From Gammaproteobacteria bacterium (lineage in GTDB: Bacteria > Pseudomonadota > Gammaproteobacteria > Magnimaribacterales > D2472): a DNA stretch of 64,000 bases. The notes beneath the pieces were generated by a model, which was not told where the DNA came from, did no database searches, and worked only from the letters and a program-made list of their open reading frames with translations. The stretch is taken from positions 321,131 to 385,130 of the forward strand of contig JBJLIP010000001.1 in assembly GCA_045563715.1 (NCBI GenBank), given 5' to 3'. A program made the translations under genes and the position numbers. This document shows, in pieces, positions 27,448 through 37,419 of the stretch. Position 1 is the first letter of the stretch. Every line of letters begins with the position of its first letter.

Positions 27448-28029
27448 ATGGCTGTAAAAAAAGCAATAAAAAAGACAAAAAAACCAACAAAAAAAACAAT
27501 AGCAAAGAAAACTGTGGCTAAAAAAGTTACAGTCAAAAAGAAGCCAGTTAAAAAAACTCAAACAAAAAAATCTCCACCTAAGGTTGTTAAAAAAGCAAAA
27601 GCTAATACAGTTGCTAACAACAAGTCCAAGATTGCTCCTTATAAACCAAAGAAGAATGAGAAATATATGAGTGCAGCTATGAAAAGACATTTCATTGCCG
27701 TATTGCTTCTTTGGAAAGAACATCTTTTAGATGAGATGCAAAAAACTTTTGATCACTTAAGAGCCAAAGGAGAAACTTATGCTGATCCAGTTGATAGAGC
27801 ATCTCAAGAAGAGGAATTTGCATTCGAATTAAGAACGCGCGATAGAGAAAGAAAACTTATAAATAAAATTTCAACTTCTATAGAAAAAATCAAACAAGAT
27901 GACTATGGTTGGTGCGAATCATGTGGGGACGAAATTGGTGTTAAAAGACTCGAAGCTAGACCGACAGCGACTCATTGCATAGATTGCAAAACTCTTGATG
28001 AAATAAAAGAAAGGCAGCTAAGCGGATGA
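27448..28029 (+). CDS. dksA: RNA polymerase-binding transcription factor DksA with a lysine-rich N-terminal extension
   Basis: The C-terminal ~135 aa are collinear with E. coli DksA (PVDRASQEEEFAFELRTRDRERKLI, C4 finger CESCGDEI...CIDCKT). They are preceded by MAVKKAIKKTKKPTKKTIAKKTVAKKVTVKKKPVKKTQTKK.... Confidence 0.9.
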   Translation: MAVKKAIKKTKKPTKKTIAKKTVAKKVTVKKKPVKKTQTKKSPPKVVKKAKANTVANNKSKIAPYKPKKNEKYMSAAMKRHFIAVLLLWKEHLLDEMQKTFDHLRAKGETYADPVDRASQEEEFAFELRTRDRERKLINKISTSIEKIKQDDYGWCESCGDEIGVKRLEARPTATHCIDCKTLDEIKERQLSG

Positions 28030-28056
28030 TTCTTGAGTTTCTATCAAAACTAAACT

Positions 28057-29289
28057 TTGATAAATAATAAAAAAATAAGTAAATTTGCTATATCTATAGT
28101 AAAAGATCTACAAGATAAAAATTTTCAAGCATATTTAGTTGGTGGGTGCGTCAGAGACCTTTTATGTGGCATAGAGCCAAAAGACTTTGACATAGCAACT
28201 AACGCAACTCCAGAACAAATTAGGAAAATCTTTAAAGCTTCAAGAATAATCGGAAAGCGGTTCAAATTAGTTCATGTTTTTAATAGGTCAGAACTAATTG
28301 AGGTTGCAACCTTTAGATCTGGTGAGGATAGCTCAGATATTGGTAACCTAGTTACAGATCAATCAGGAAAAATCATAAGAGATAATATCTGGGGAACATT
28401 AGAAGAGGATACTTATAGAAGAGACTTTACAATTAATGCATTGTACTACTGCCCTTTTACGCAAAAGATAGCAGATCATAATCATGGCATGAAGCATGTT
28501 CATGAAAAAATTATTGTTTCAATTGGAGATCCCCAAAAAAGATTCGCTGAAGATCCTGTTAGAAGTTTAAGAGCTATAAGATTTAGTAATAAGCTGAACT
28601 TTAAAATCGATAAAGAGATCAAAGAAGCTATTTACGATAAGGGTGATTTACTTTCAAGCATTTCTAACGCTAGATTGTTTGATGAGTTTTGTAAGATATT
28701 CTTAAATGGTATGGCTGAGAAAAACTTCAAAAAATTATTATCCTTTGGTCTGAATAAATATTTGGTAGGCACAAATCCTGATGCAAATGAATTTACATAT
28801 AACGTAATGATTGAAGCATTGAGAAATACTGATAGAAGGTTAGCCAATAATCAATCTGTTACTCCTGGCTTTCTAATTGCTGCACTCCTCTGGCCTCAAC
28901 TAATTGAAACTTCTCTTCAAAGAGGTGAAATAAATTTAAGAAAATATTTTAGGTCTATGGACAGGATTCTTAGGAGGCAACAAAAAATAACAGCAATTCC
29001 CAGGAAATTTCATGGTTATATAAAAGATATATGGGTGTTGCAATTAAAACTTCATAGCAGAATTGGCAAGCAACCTTTCAAAACTTTAAAGCATCCTAGG
29101 TTTAGGGCAGCATACGATTTTCTTCTTATAAGAGAAAAAGTTTCATGTGATGGTAATTACTTAGGTAATTGGTGGACTGATTTTCAAAAAGACGATAATG
29201 CTATTAAAAAGTCTTTAATTGCTGAATTACATGAAAAAGGCAAAGAAGAATCATTTAAAAAATTTGGTTTCTCTGAAGAGTTAAGATAA
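28057..29289 (+). CDS. pcnB: Poly(A) polymerase I
   Basis: GGCVRDLL and DFDIAT nucleotidyltransferase motifs with RDFTINALYY. Downstream of dksA, as in Pseudomonas. Apparent TTG start. Confidence 0.9.
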   Translation: MINNKKISKFAISIVKDLQDKNFQAYLVGGCVRDLLCGIEPKDFDIATNATPEQIRKIFKASRIIGKRFKLVHVFNRSELIEVATFRSGEDSSDIGNLVTDQSGKIIRDNIWGTLEEDTYRRDFTINALYYCPFTQKIADHNHGMKHVHEKIIVSIGDPQKRFAEDPVRSLRAIRFSNKLNFKIDKEIKEAIYDKGDLLSSISNARLFDEFCKIFLNGMAEKNFKKLLSFGLNKYLVGTNPDANEFTYNVMIEALRNTDRRLANNQSVTPGFLIAALLWPQLIETSLQRGEINLRKYFRSMDRILRRQQKITAIPRKFHGYIKDIWVLQLKLHSRIGKQPFKTLKHPRFRAAYDFLLIREKVSCDGNYLGNWWTDFQKDDNAIKKSLIAELHEKGKEESFKKFGFSEELR

Positions 29290-29316
29290 TCTACTAGTTA
29301 CAAATTAAATATTGTA

Positions 29317-29982
29317 ATGAAGCCAGCTTTAAACGAAATACCATTACCAAAGTATATTGCCATTGAGGGGCCAATAGGCGTTGGAAAAACAACACTTGCA
29401 AACAAAATTGCTGAATCATTTAATTATGATGCGTTTCTAGAGCAGCCTGCTGAAAATCCATTTTTAAAGAATTTCTATAGGAATCCAAGTCAATCTGCTC
29501 TTGCCACTCAACTTTTTTTCCTTTTTCAAAGAATGCAACAAATCCAAGATTTAAAACAACGTAGCCTTTTTGAAAATGTTCGTGTTGCTGATTTTTTAAT
29601 TGAGAAAGATAGGCTTTTTGCTGAGGTCACTCTTTCAAACGAAGAGATGGTTCTTTACGACAAAGTATATGAGCATATAACTATAGATGCGCCTACACCT
29701 GATTTGGTGATCTATCTTCAAGCTCCTATTGGGATACTTAAAGAAAGAATTACCAAAAGAGGAAACATTAATGAGCAATATCTTACATTGGATTATTTAG
29801 AAAGATTAAACGATGCATATTCAAGATTCTTTCTTGATTATAATTCAGCGCCACTTTTAATTATAAATGCTGCAGACATCAATCTAGAATCAAATGAAGC
29901 TGACTATGAGGCGTTAATTACTATGATAATGTCTAATCCTAAGGGAAAGAATTTTGTCAATCCTCAACCCTCTATTATTTAA
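29317..29982 (+). CDS. Deoxynucleoside kinase family protein
   Basis: P-loop IAIEGPIGVGKTTLA and a dNK-type LID/ERS-like region (...DRLFAEV...), 221 aa. Confidence 0.75.
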   Translation: MKPALNEIPLPKYIAIEGPIGVGKTTLANKIAESFNYDAFLEQPAENPFLKNFYRNPSQSALATQLFFLFQRMQQIQDLKQRSLFENVRVADFLIEKDRLFAEVTLSNEEMVLYDKVYEHITIDAPTPDLVIYLQAPIGILKERITKRGNINEQYLTLDYLERLNDAYSRFFLDYNSAPLLIINAADINLESNEADYEALITMIMSNPKGKNFVNPQPSII

Positions 29983-29991
29983 ATATTAGTT

Positions 29992-31914
29992 GTGTCTCGA
30001 GAGATCTATAGTCCTAAGTCTTCTAATCCCCACCTAAAGAATATTGAGGAATATAAAAAGCTTTATAAAGAGTCCATAGATCATCCTAAAAAATTCTTTA
30101 GTAACTTAGCGAATGAAAATATATCCTGGTTTAAAGATTTTGATGAAGTTCATAATAATGATTTTCCAAACACTAAATGGTTTAGTGGTGGTCAAATGAA
30201 TGTGAGCTTCAATTGCATAGACAGACATTTAAAAAATAATGCAAATAAAGTCGCTCTAATATGGGAAGGAGATGATCCTTCAGATTCTATGAGCTTAACC
30301 TATCAGCAGCTCCATGATGAAGTATGTAAATTTTCAAATGTTCTTAAAAATCTAGGAGTAAGAAAAGGTTCAAGGGTTTGTATTTATATGCCTATGATAG
30401 TTGAAGCAGCCTTTGCAATGCTTGCTTGTACTAGGATTGGTGCTGTTCATTCAGTTGTTTTTGGTGGTTTTTCACCAGAGTCATTAAAAGACAGGATTCT
30501 TGATGCTGATTGTAAAATTGTAATAACAGCTGATGAAGGCTTGAGAGGCGGCAAAAAAGTTCCGTTAAAGCTTAATGTAGATGAGGCTCTTAAGGGATGT
30601 CCAAATGTAAAATCTACTTTAGTTGTAAAAAGGACTGGTGAAGATATTCCATGGGATAAAAATCGTGATGTATGGTACGAGGAATTATCTAAAGATGTTG
30701 AAACTTCCTGCGACCCAGAGCCAATGGATTCTGAAGATCCCCTTTTCATACTTTATACATCTGGTTCAACCGGAAAGCCCAAAGGCGTATTGCATTCTAC
30801 TGCTGGATATTTGTTAGGTGCTCATATTAGCTTTAAATATCTTTTTGGTATAAAGCCAGAAGATAAATATTGGTGTACTGCTGATGTTGGCTGGATAACC
30901 GGTCATACATATATTTTGTATGGTCCTCTTTCAAATGGGGCTACAACTTTAATGTTTGAAGGTGTTCCAACTTACCCTTCTGCCTCAAGATGTTGGGAAA
31001 TATGTGATAAACATGAAATTAATATCTTTTATACTGCTCCAACAGCCATTAGAGCGCTTATGGCTCAAGGAGATGAGCCTGTTCTAAAAACTAAAAGGAA
31101 CTCTCTAAGGGTTTTAGGAACTGTTGGTGAGCCAATTAATCCAGAGGCATGGGATTGGTATTACAATGTTGTTGGTCAATCTAAATGTGAAATCATAGAT
31201 ACTTGGTGGCAAACTGAAACTGGTTCAGTTCTCATATCCCCGATTGCAGGAGTCACCCCCACAAAACCCGGATCAGCTACACTTCCTTTCTTTGGAGTAA
31301 AACCAGCTCTATACGATGAAAATGGTAAAACATTAGAAGGACCAAATTCAGGAAACTTGGTAATGGAGCAATCTTGGCCTAGCCAAATTAGAAGTGTTTA
31401 CGGAGATCATCAGAGAATGCTAGATACATACTTTAGTATGTATAAAGATATCTACTTTACTGGGGATGGAGCTAGAAGAGATGAAGATGGTTATTACTGG
31501 ATTACTGGAAGAGTAGATGATGTTCTAAATGTCTCAGGACATAGACTTGGAACTGCAGAGATAGAAAGCGCTCTTGTATTGCACTCAAAAGTAGCTGAGG
31601 CGGCAGTTGTTGGATTTGACCACCCTATAAAAGGTCAAGGCATCTATGCTTTTGTTACTTTGATGATAGGAGAATCTTTTAATGATGAATTAAATAATGA
31701 ATTAAAACAATTCGTAGCTAAAGAAATAGGTGCAATTGCAAGACCCGACTTAATTCAGGATGCCCCTGGTCTTCCAAAAACAAGATCTGGAAAAATAATG
31801 AGAAGAATTTTAAGAAAAATTGCTGAGGGAGATCTTTCTAATTTAGGCGACACCACAACCCTTGCAGACCCATCTGTGGTGAAATCTCTAATTAGCAATA
31901 AAATAAGCTTGTGA
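29992..31914 (+). CDS. acs: Acetyl-CoA synthetase
   Basis: [15 protein letters not shown]-binding motif, WWQTETG, and the C-terminal [16 protein letters not shown]. 640 aa, GTG start. Confidence 0.95.
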   Translation: MSREIYSPKSSNPHLKNIEEYKKLYKESIDHPKKFFSNLANENISWFKDFDEVHNNDFPNTKWFSGGQMNVSFNCIDRHLKNNANKVALIWEGDDPSDSMSLTYQQLHDEVCKFSNVLKNLGVRKGSRVCIYMPMIVEAAFAMLACTRIGAVHSVVFGGFSPESLKDRILDADCKIVITADEGLRGGKKVPLKLNVDEALKGCPNVKSTLVVKRTGEDIPWDKNRDVWYEELSKDVETSCDPEPMDSEDPLFILYTSGSTGKPKGVLHSTAGYLLGAHISFKYLFGIKPEDKYWCTADVGWITGHTYILYGPLSNGATTLMFEGVPTYPSASRCWEICDKHEINIFYTAPTAIRALMAQGDEPVLKTKRNSLRVLGTVGEPINPEAWDWYYNVVGQSKCEIIDTWWQTETGSVLISPIAGVTPTKPGSATLPFFGVKPALYDENGKTLEGPNSGNLVMEQSWPSQIRSVYGDHQRMLDTYFSMYKDIYFTGDGARRDEDGYYWITGRVDDVLNVSGHRLGTAEIESALVLHSKVAEAAVVGFDHPIKGQGIYAFVTLMIGESFNDELNNELKQFVAKEIGAIARPDLIQDAPGLPKTRSGKIMRRILRKIAEGDLSNLGDTTTLADPSVVKSLISNKISL

Positions 31915-32246
31915 AAAAAAATAGTTTATTAGTAATTGCCGTACTTACTTTGGTTAGTTGTAATACAAACCTAAATTATGACAAATCAATGCTTCCCGAT
32001 GCAGATCCAAAGGTTCTAAGCGAAGTTAATTCCAAAGTACTAATTTCTTGTATGCAAATACCTGTGCCCCGACCACCTGTTCCTATAAATCCAGGTCATA
32101 AAGTGCCAACCAGTGAGGTATATGATCAGAATGATTGTGTTGAAAACAAATTGTCTGATAATGAACGCAAAAAAATTCTTAACGAAAGAAAAGAAAAAGA
32201 AGAATTTAATCTAGAAATTAATCTAGACGATCAAGAAGAAGAGTAA
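31911..32246 (+). CDS. Hypothetical lipoprotein
   Basis: Lipobox LTLVSCNT, a Pro-rich centre and an acidic/Lys-rich tail. Its start overlaps the acs stop. Confidence 0.45.
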   Translation: MKKNSLLVIAVLTLVSCNTNLNYDKSMLPDADPKVLSEVNSKVLISCMQIPVPRPPVPINPGHKVPTSEVYDQNDCVENKLSDNERKKILNERKEKEEFNLEINLDDQEEE

Positions 32247-33031
32247 CGATTTTTAATACTTTTTATTTTTTCCTCGTCTTGAAGTTTTATTAAATGAGCC
32301 AAAAGACTCATTCTTGCAATAGGATGAAGCATTTCAGGCACATCGTCATAGACCAATGGCAATAACTCATCAAGATTAGAATTATTATTTTTATCTATAC
32401 ATCTTAAGACCTTCGATTCTCTTGATAGCCTATGTCTAATAATTGATTGAATGGTCTTAGAGGGATCTTCCATATAATTTCCGTGACCCGGCGCAAAATA
32501 ATCAATATCGTAATCTTCTAGCAACTTTAAAGAGTTTATATATTCAGTCATGTTTCCATCAGGGGGAGCTATCACAACAGTTGAGCCGTCCATTATATGG
32601 TCGCCGGTTAAAAGACATTTCTGTTTTTCTAAATAAAAGCACAGATGATTTGATGCATGTCCTGGAGTATGAATAGTTTTAAGAGAGTATTCATCGGTTT
32701 CAATAACATCTCCATGACTCAGAACCGTATCGGGTATAAAGGTTTCATCTTCCCATTCAGATTCTCTATCTACCAGTCTTCCAAACATTGGAATTTTTAA
32801 CTCTTTAGAAATAGGAAGTGCTGCTGGCGAATGGTCCGTATGAGTATGGGTAACTAAGATTCTTTTAATCTTCCCTGCACCCTTTTTTAAAAGAGCTTCA
32901 ATGTGCTCATTAATATTCGGACCTGGGTCTACAAGAGTAATATCCTCTTGTCCTATTAAATAGGTATTAGTTCCTTGTCCAGTAAAGACACCGCCATTAG
33001 GTGCAGTAATTTTAGTTATTAGTTTGTTCAT
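32231..33031 (-). CDS. MBL-fold metallo-hydrolase
   Basis: VTHTHTDHSPA (HxHxDH) plus downstream His/Asp ligands (HTPGH, GDH). 266 aa. Confidence 0.8.
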   Translation of the reverse strand: MNKLITKITAPNGGVFTGQGTNTYLIGQEDITLVDPGPNINEHIEALLKKGAGKIKRILVTHTHTDHSPAALPISKELKIPMFGRLVDRESEWEDETFIPDTVLSHGDVIETDEYSLKTIHTPGHASNHLCFYLEKQKCLLTGDHIMDGSTVVIAPPDGNMTEYINSLKLLEDYDIDYFAPGHGNYMEDPSKTIQSIIRHRLSRESKVLRCIDKNNNSNLDELLPLVYDDVPEMLHPIARMSLLAHLIKLQDEEKIKSIKNRYSSS

Positions 33032-33822
33032 TAATGATCCTCATAACCATCATCACCTGGGAATAAAACTTTCCAAGTATCATTTTCTTTGAAGAACTTA
33101 GGCAGAATAGGCTTAATATCATTTTTTGTTAGTTTTTTCTGATGATCGAGCATTGTTGTTGCGCTTTCAAAATTCATACATGATTTAAGGTTCTCTGTCG
33201 TTGGAAGTATCATTTGCATATCTCCATCTAGTGCTTTTTTTAGTGCTAGATTCGGGCTAATCCATAAACTTTGAGTTAACTCCATACCATCGTGTTGCAC
33301 AATCTGGTTTTCTGGTAAATATGCGATAAAAAACCTTGTATCAAACCTTCTGGTTTCAAACTCAGGAGTTATCCAATGAGATAGTGGGGCAATGTTAGCA
33401 GTAGTAAGCATCAAGTCTTCTTTTTTACATATATCTAAAAGATTGATTTCATTGTCGATTAACATTTTTCTATAATTATCAAACTTTGATTTATCCTCTT
33501 CTTCTAAATTAAGCTTTTCTCCTGATTTCTTTGTAGCAAGAAGTATGCCTACCTCTTCAAAACATTCTCTTATGCAAGCAGCCCAGTAACTCAGACCACC
33601 ATTATTTACACCAAGAGTCTGTGAGGCTTTAATATCATCATATCCATCACAATATAGCTCTAAACCTTCTAGACAATCGCCCTGATCAATTTTACCGCCA
33701 GGAAAAACATAAAGATTTCCAAATGGTGGTTTCTTAGATCTTTTGACCATTAAAACTTCCATACCATCCTTAGTGTCTCTAAGAACAAGAACGGTTGCAG
33801 CCGGAGTTAAATTATTATTCAT
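33031..33822 (-). CDS. NUDIX hydrolase
   Basis: Nudix box GGKIDQGD...AACIRECFEEVGI. The stop overlaps the start of the MBL gene. Confidence 0.8.
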   Translation of the reverse strand: MNNNLTPAATVLVLRDTKDGMEVLMVKRSKKPPFGNLYVFPGGKIDQGDCLEGLELYCDGYDDIKASQTLGVNNGGLSYWAACIRECFEEVGILLATKKSGEKLNLEEEDKSKFDNYRKMLIDNEINLLDICKKEDLMLTTANIAPLSHWITPEFETRRFDTRFFIAYLPENQIVQHDGMELTQSLWISPNLALKKALDGDMQMILPTTENLKSCMNFESATTMLDHQKKLTKNDIKPILPKFFKENDTWKVLFPGDDGYEDH

Positions 33823-33854
33823 ATATTTAATCGATTTAGCTTAGAATACTGCTT

Positions 33855-34745
33855 ATGCAAATTACTGACAATCTAAAAAACGATATCTCTAATGCCCCTT
33901 CTTGGTTTCATGATGCTATTAGCATAAAGCCAAATGAAAAAATTTTAGAGGATGTTAAAGGAAAACTTTCATATTCTGTATGGCCATCTTCATCTAAAAA
34001 TAAGAATCTTATGATCTTTATCCATGGAACTGGTGCTCACAAAAAATGGTGGTATCCAATTGCCCCTCAATTTGCAAGTTACTCAAATGTAATTGCTGTT
34101 GATCTTCCGGGTATGGGCGATTCAGGATTTAGAGAAAAGTATAGTATTAAGGACTTTGGTGAATGCATCATTTCGATTATTGAAAAAGAGAGGTCTGATA
34201 TGGATATTGATAATATTTCTATCATAGGCCACTCCTTGGGAGGCCAGGTAGCTGGGTATGTAGCTTCTGAAAAAAAAGATCTTGTCTCTAACTTAATCAT
34301 GATTGATACCTTTATAAGGCCACCGGATTGGGACCCCTCTGAGAATGAAGGTGGGCCTTTAAGGATGATAAAGTACTATCCTGATAAAACCAAAATTCTA
34401 AAAAGATTTAGACTTCTTCCTCAGCAAGACTGCAACAATGATTGGTTCGTAAGATATATATCTGAACATTCGGTAAGACAAACGTCAGAGGGATGGCGTT
34501 GGAAATTTGATGACTCAATGTTTAATAGTCTCGAGCGATTATTTGGATATGAGTTCTCTTTTGGATGTCCTGCCCTTTTTATTCATGGTGCAAACAGCCT
34601 GTTAATGTCCGCAAATATTTTAGATAACATAAAGAAAATGTATTCTGAGATTATGGATTTTAATGAAGTGGAAGGTGCAGCTCACCATGTTCCATTAGAT
34701 AAACCATTAGAAATAGTTGATATAATAAAAAATCGTCTTTTTTAG
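33855..34745 (+). CDS. Alpha/beta-fold hydrolase
   Basis: Nucleophile elbow IIGHSLGG, an oxyanion-hole HGTG motif, and C-terminal GAAHHVPLD. Confidence 0.8.
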   Translation: MQITDNLKNDISNAPSWFHDAISIKPNEKILEDVKGKLSYSVWPSSSKNKNLMIFIHGTGAHKKWWYPIAPQFASYSNVIAVDLPGMGDSGFREKYSIKDFGECIISIIEKERSDMDIDNISIIGHSLGGQVAGYVASEKKDLVSNLIMIDTFIRPPDWDPSENEGGPLRMIKYYPDKTKILKRFRLLPQQDCNNDWFVRYISEHSVRQTSEGWRWKFDDSMFNSLERLFGYEFSFGCPALFIHGANSLLMSANILDNIKKMYSEIMDFNEVEGAAHHVPLDKPLEIVDIIKNRLF

Positions 34746-34752
34746 ATTTTTT

Positions 34753-36123
34753 ATGAATTATTTTTATTTCTTCTTTTTCTTAATTTTATCAATCGTAATA
34801 TTGGTTAAGCCATTTACAAGTCTTATCTCAAACTGGGTCATGCAGTCAAAGAAATTATTAATAACAAGTTTAGTGACTATATCGATAGGTGTTGTATGTC
34901 TATACATAAGTCTTAGTAATGAATTTTGGTATGAGCGTGTATGGTTAATTGTAACTTTTGCTTTAGGACTGGCCCTTTTGATAAGAGGTTTTGTCATTAT
35001 GTTCTTCTTGGAGAAAATAAAGAAGATACTGCCCTATTTCATGAGAAATTATTATAAATTTTCAATACCAGTTTCTTTTGCTCTTATTTACTTATCATTT
35101 CTAATTGTATCTACTGATTACATTGGTCCTCAAAAAGACATTAGTTCTTGTGAATCGGACAAAAATATTGAAGTTATTTGTGATTTTTCCAATCCAGAAG
35201 ATATTGTTATTACTCCTGATAAAAAGTTTTTGCTTATGTCAGAGTTCGGAGGCATTGGTCCATACGAGGAGCAGAAACCTGGTTTTTTTGCATTATTAGA
35301 TCTAAAAACAAATGAGAAGATCATTCCAAGTATAACTATTGCTGATAATTCATGGGGGGATTCCTCATGTTCAAGAAGTAATGTTGATAAATACGGACCT
35401 CATGGCATAGACCTTGTGAAGAGAGATGACGGAAGATTTCAACTTGGAGTTATTAGCCATTACCCCAATGAGACTATTGAAATGTTTGAATTGATAAAAG
35501 CTGATGAATCTTGGAGTTTTGTATGGAGGGGGTGCATTGACGTTCCATATAAATATTATTTTAATGATATAAGTCTTAAGAAAGATGGTAGTTTCTTTGC
35601 ATCACATATGTATGAAAGAGAAATTACTCTTAATGAGTGGCTTTTAGCTTCGTTATTGAAAAGAAACACAGGATATTTGGTAGAGTGGAATAATAATTTA
35701 TTTAAGAAAGTCCCAGAAACTGAAGGAAGTGGGCCTAATGGAATAGCGCTTGATGAGAAATCGAATATTATTTATATCAATTACAATCAAGGTGACAAAA
35801 TTGTAGGTTTTGATCTTTTAAAGAATAAAAAAATAATCAGCACATTTATAGAAGCGCCTGATAATCCATATATTGATAATAATTTTATATGGGTAACATC
35901 CTTAGACTTTCAGCCAAATGATTTTGGTGAATGCGAATTCAAGAAGAGCTGTTCATTACCATTCTCTATTTATAAATTAGATAAGAGTGATTTATCAATT
36001 ATTGACAAGTATTCATTTGATAAAACAGTTTTTGGATTGCCGACGGTTGCAGTTCCGTTTGAAGATAAGGTTTATATGGGTTCATTTCATTCTGATAGAT
36101 TGGGTTTATTTGAAATAAATTAA
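34753..36123 (+). CDS. Membrane-anchored beta-propeller protein (SMP-30/paraoxonase/arylesterase-like), function unknown
   Basis: About 4 N-terminal TM segments, then repeats with GPHGIDLV and GPNGIALDE motifs typical of 6-bladed lactonase-like propellers. Assigned by motif resemblance only. Confidence 0.4.
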   Translation: MNYFYFFFFLILSIVILVKPFTSLISNWVMQSKKLLITSLVTISIGVVCLYISLSNEFWYERVWLIVTFALGLALLIRGFVIMFFLEKIKKILPYFMRNYYKFSIPVSFALIYLSFLIVSTDYIGPQKDISSCESDKNIEVICDFSNPEDIVITPDKKFLLMSEFGGIGPYEEQKPGFFALLDLKTNEKIIPSITIADNSWGDSSCSRSNVDKYGPHGIDLVKRDDGRFQLGVISHYPNETIEMFELIKADESWSFVWRGCIDVPYKYYFNDISLKKDGSFFASHMYEREITLNEWLLASLLKRNTGYLVEWNNNLFKKVPETEGSGPNGIALDEKSNIIYINYNQGDKIVGFDLLKNKKIISTFIEAPDNPYIDNNFIWVTSLDFQPNDFGECEFKKSCSLPFSIYKLDKSDLSIIDKYSFDKTVFGLPTVAVPFEDKVYMGSFHSDRLGLFEIN

Positions 36124-36127
36124 ATAT

Positions 36128-36961
36128 ATGACTGAAGAGTTTGATTTCGAAACATTAAACATTAAGATTCCCAAGAGGGAGCATAATTCTCATAAGGGTA
36201 ATTTTGGAAGAGTTTTGGTGCTTGGTGGCTCGGAGGGTATGGGTGGAGCTGCAATACTTTCTTCTGAAGCCAGTTTATATTCTGGAGCAGGCTTAACTCA
36301 TTTATATACACACCCAACAAATGTTGAAGCAAGCCTTAAAAGGAATCCAGAAATAATGAGTCTTGGCATTAACTCCAATTTTGAAATCCCATATGATATT
36401 GATGTACTCGTATGTGGTCCTGGCCTTGGAGATGACATCTGGTCAAAAGATGTTTATGAAAAGATATTTCAAAATAAAAATATAAATACAATAATTCTTG
36501 ACGCTGGCGCATTAAGCTTCGTTAATAAATTTATTAAAAAAATTTTAGAATTAGAATCAGAACTAATTTTAACTCCACATCCAGGTGAGGCCAGTAAGCT
36601 TTTAGATGTTTCGATAGAAGAAATTCAGCAAGATAGGCCTGCTGCTGCAATTAAAATTGCAAAAAAATATTGTGCAAATGTAATTCTAAAAGGAAATAGG
36701 ACTTTAGTGTGCTCTAAGGAAAATTTAACCTTATATGAATGTTTAGAAGGTGGGCCTGAATTATCTACTGGTGGAACTGGTGATGTTTTAGCAGGCGTTA
36801 TAGGCGGGTTAGTTGCTCAAAATAATAATGCTTTAGATTCATGTCTTCTTTCAGTAGCTGCGCATTCCAGATCTGGAAAAATGTTTAAAGAAGAAATAGG
36901 TGAAATTGGGTTAAATGCAAGTGACTTAATATGCAGAATACGAGAACTACTAAATAAATGA
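36128..36961 (+). CDS. nnrD: ADP-dependent NAD(P)H-hydrate dehydratase (YjeF C-terminal domain only)
   Basis: HKGNFGRVLVLGGSEGMGGAAIL and GTGDVLAGVIGGL. 277 aa with no YjeF_N epimerase domain. Confidence 0.88.
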   Translation: MTEEFDFETLNIKIPKREHNSHKGNFGRVLVLGGSEGMGGAAILSSEASLYSGAGLTHLYTHPTNVEASLKRNPEIMSLGINSNFEIPYDIDVLVCGPGLGDDIWSKDVYEKIFQNKNINTIILDAGALSFVNKFIKKILELESELILTPHPGEASKLLDVSIEEIQQDRPAAAIKIAKKYCANVILKGNRTLVCSKENLTLYECLEGGPELSTGGTGDVLAGVIGGLVAQNNNALDSCLLSVAAHSRSGKMFKEEIGEIGLNASDLICRIRELLNK

Positions 36962-37419
36962 AAAAAATTAATCTCATAGACGAAGGTGCAACAAAAGATC
37001 TAGGCAAAATCATTGCTGATGATATCTTCAATATAAATAAAAGATCTATTGAGATTCATTTGGAGGGTGACTTAGGCGCAGGTAAAACTTTTATAACAAG
37101 ATCTATAGTCTTAAATTCTGGATGGAAAGGCTTAGTTAAAAGTCCAACTTATACCCTTTGTGAGGAATATGATCTCGGCGAATCTTTATTTCTGCATATT
37201 GATCTTTATAGAACGAATGAACAGGAGGATATCCATATTTTTGATTTAGATAGAAAAACACACGCTAAAAAGATTATCATTATCGAGTGGCCTGAAAAAT
37301 TAATTAAAAAAAGAGAGTTTGATTTAAAAATATCTTTTAAACATGTTGATGATGGTAGAGAAGTTGAACTATCAGATACAAATGACTTATTTACTAAATT
37401 AAATAAATTTTATGAATAA
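36958..37419 (+). CDS. tsaE: tRNA t6A37 biosynthesis ATPase TsaE (YjeE)
   Basis: GDLGAGKTFITRS Walker A, SPTYTL, and the yjeF-yjeE-amiB order. Confidence 0.9.
   Translation: MKKINLIDEGATKDLGKIIADDIFNINKRSIEIHLEGDLGAGKTFITRSIVLNSGWKGLVKSPTYTLCEEYDLGESLFLHIDLYRTNEQEDIHIFDLDRKTHAKKIIIIEWPEKLIKKREFDLKISFKHVDDGREVELSDTNDLFTKLNKFYE

Noticed and set aside
27295-27723. 142-aa minus-strand ORF and A-rich low-complexity DNA, examined as a possible repeat array
   Set aside because: The ORF is the antisense translation (Phe/Leu/Cys-rich) of the lysine-rich dksA 5' region. The DNA is AAA/AAG codon bias with no regular repeat-spacer periodicity, so it is not a CRISPR or tandem repeat.
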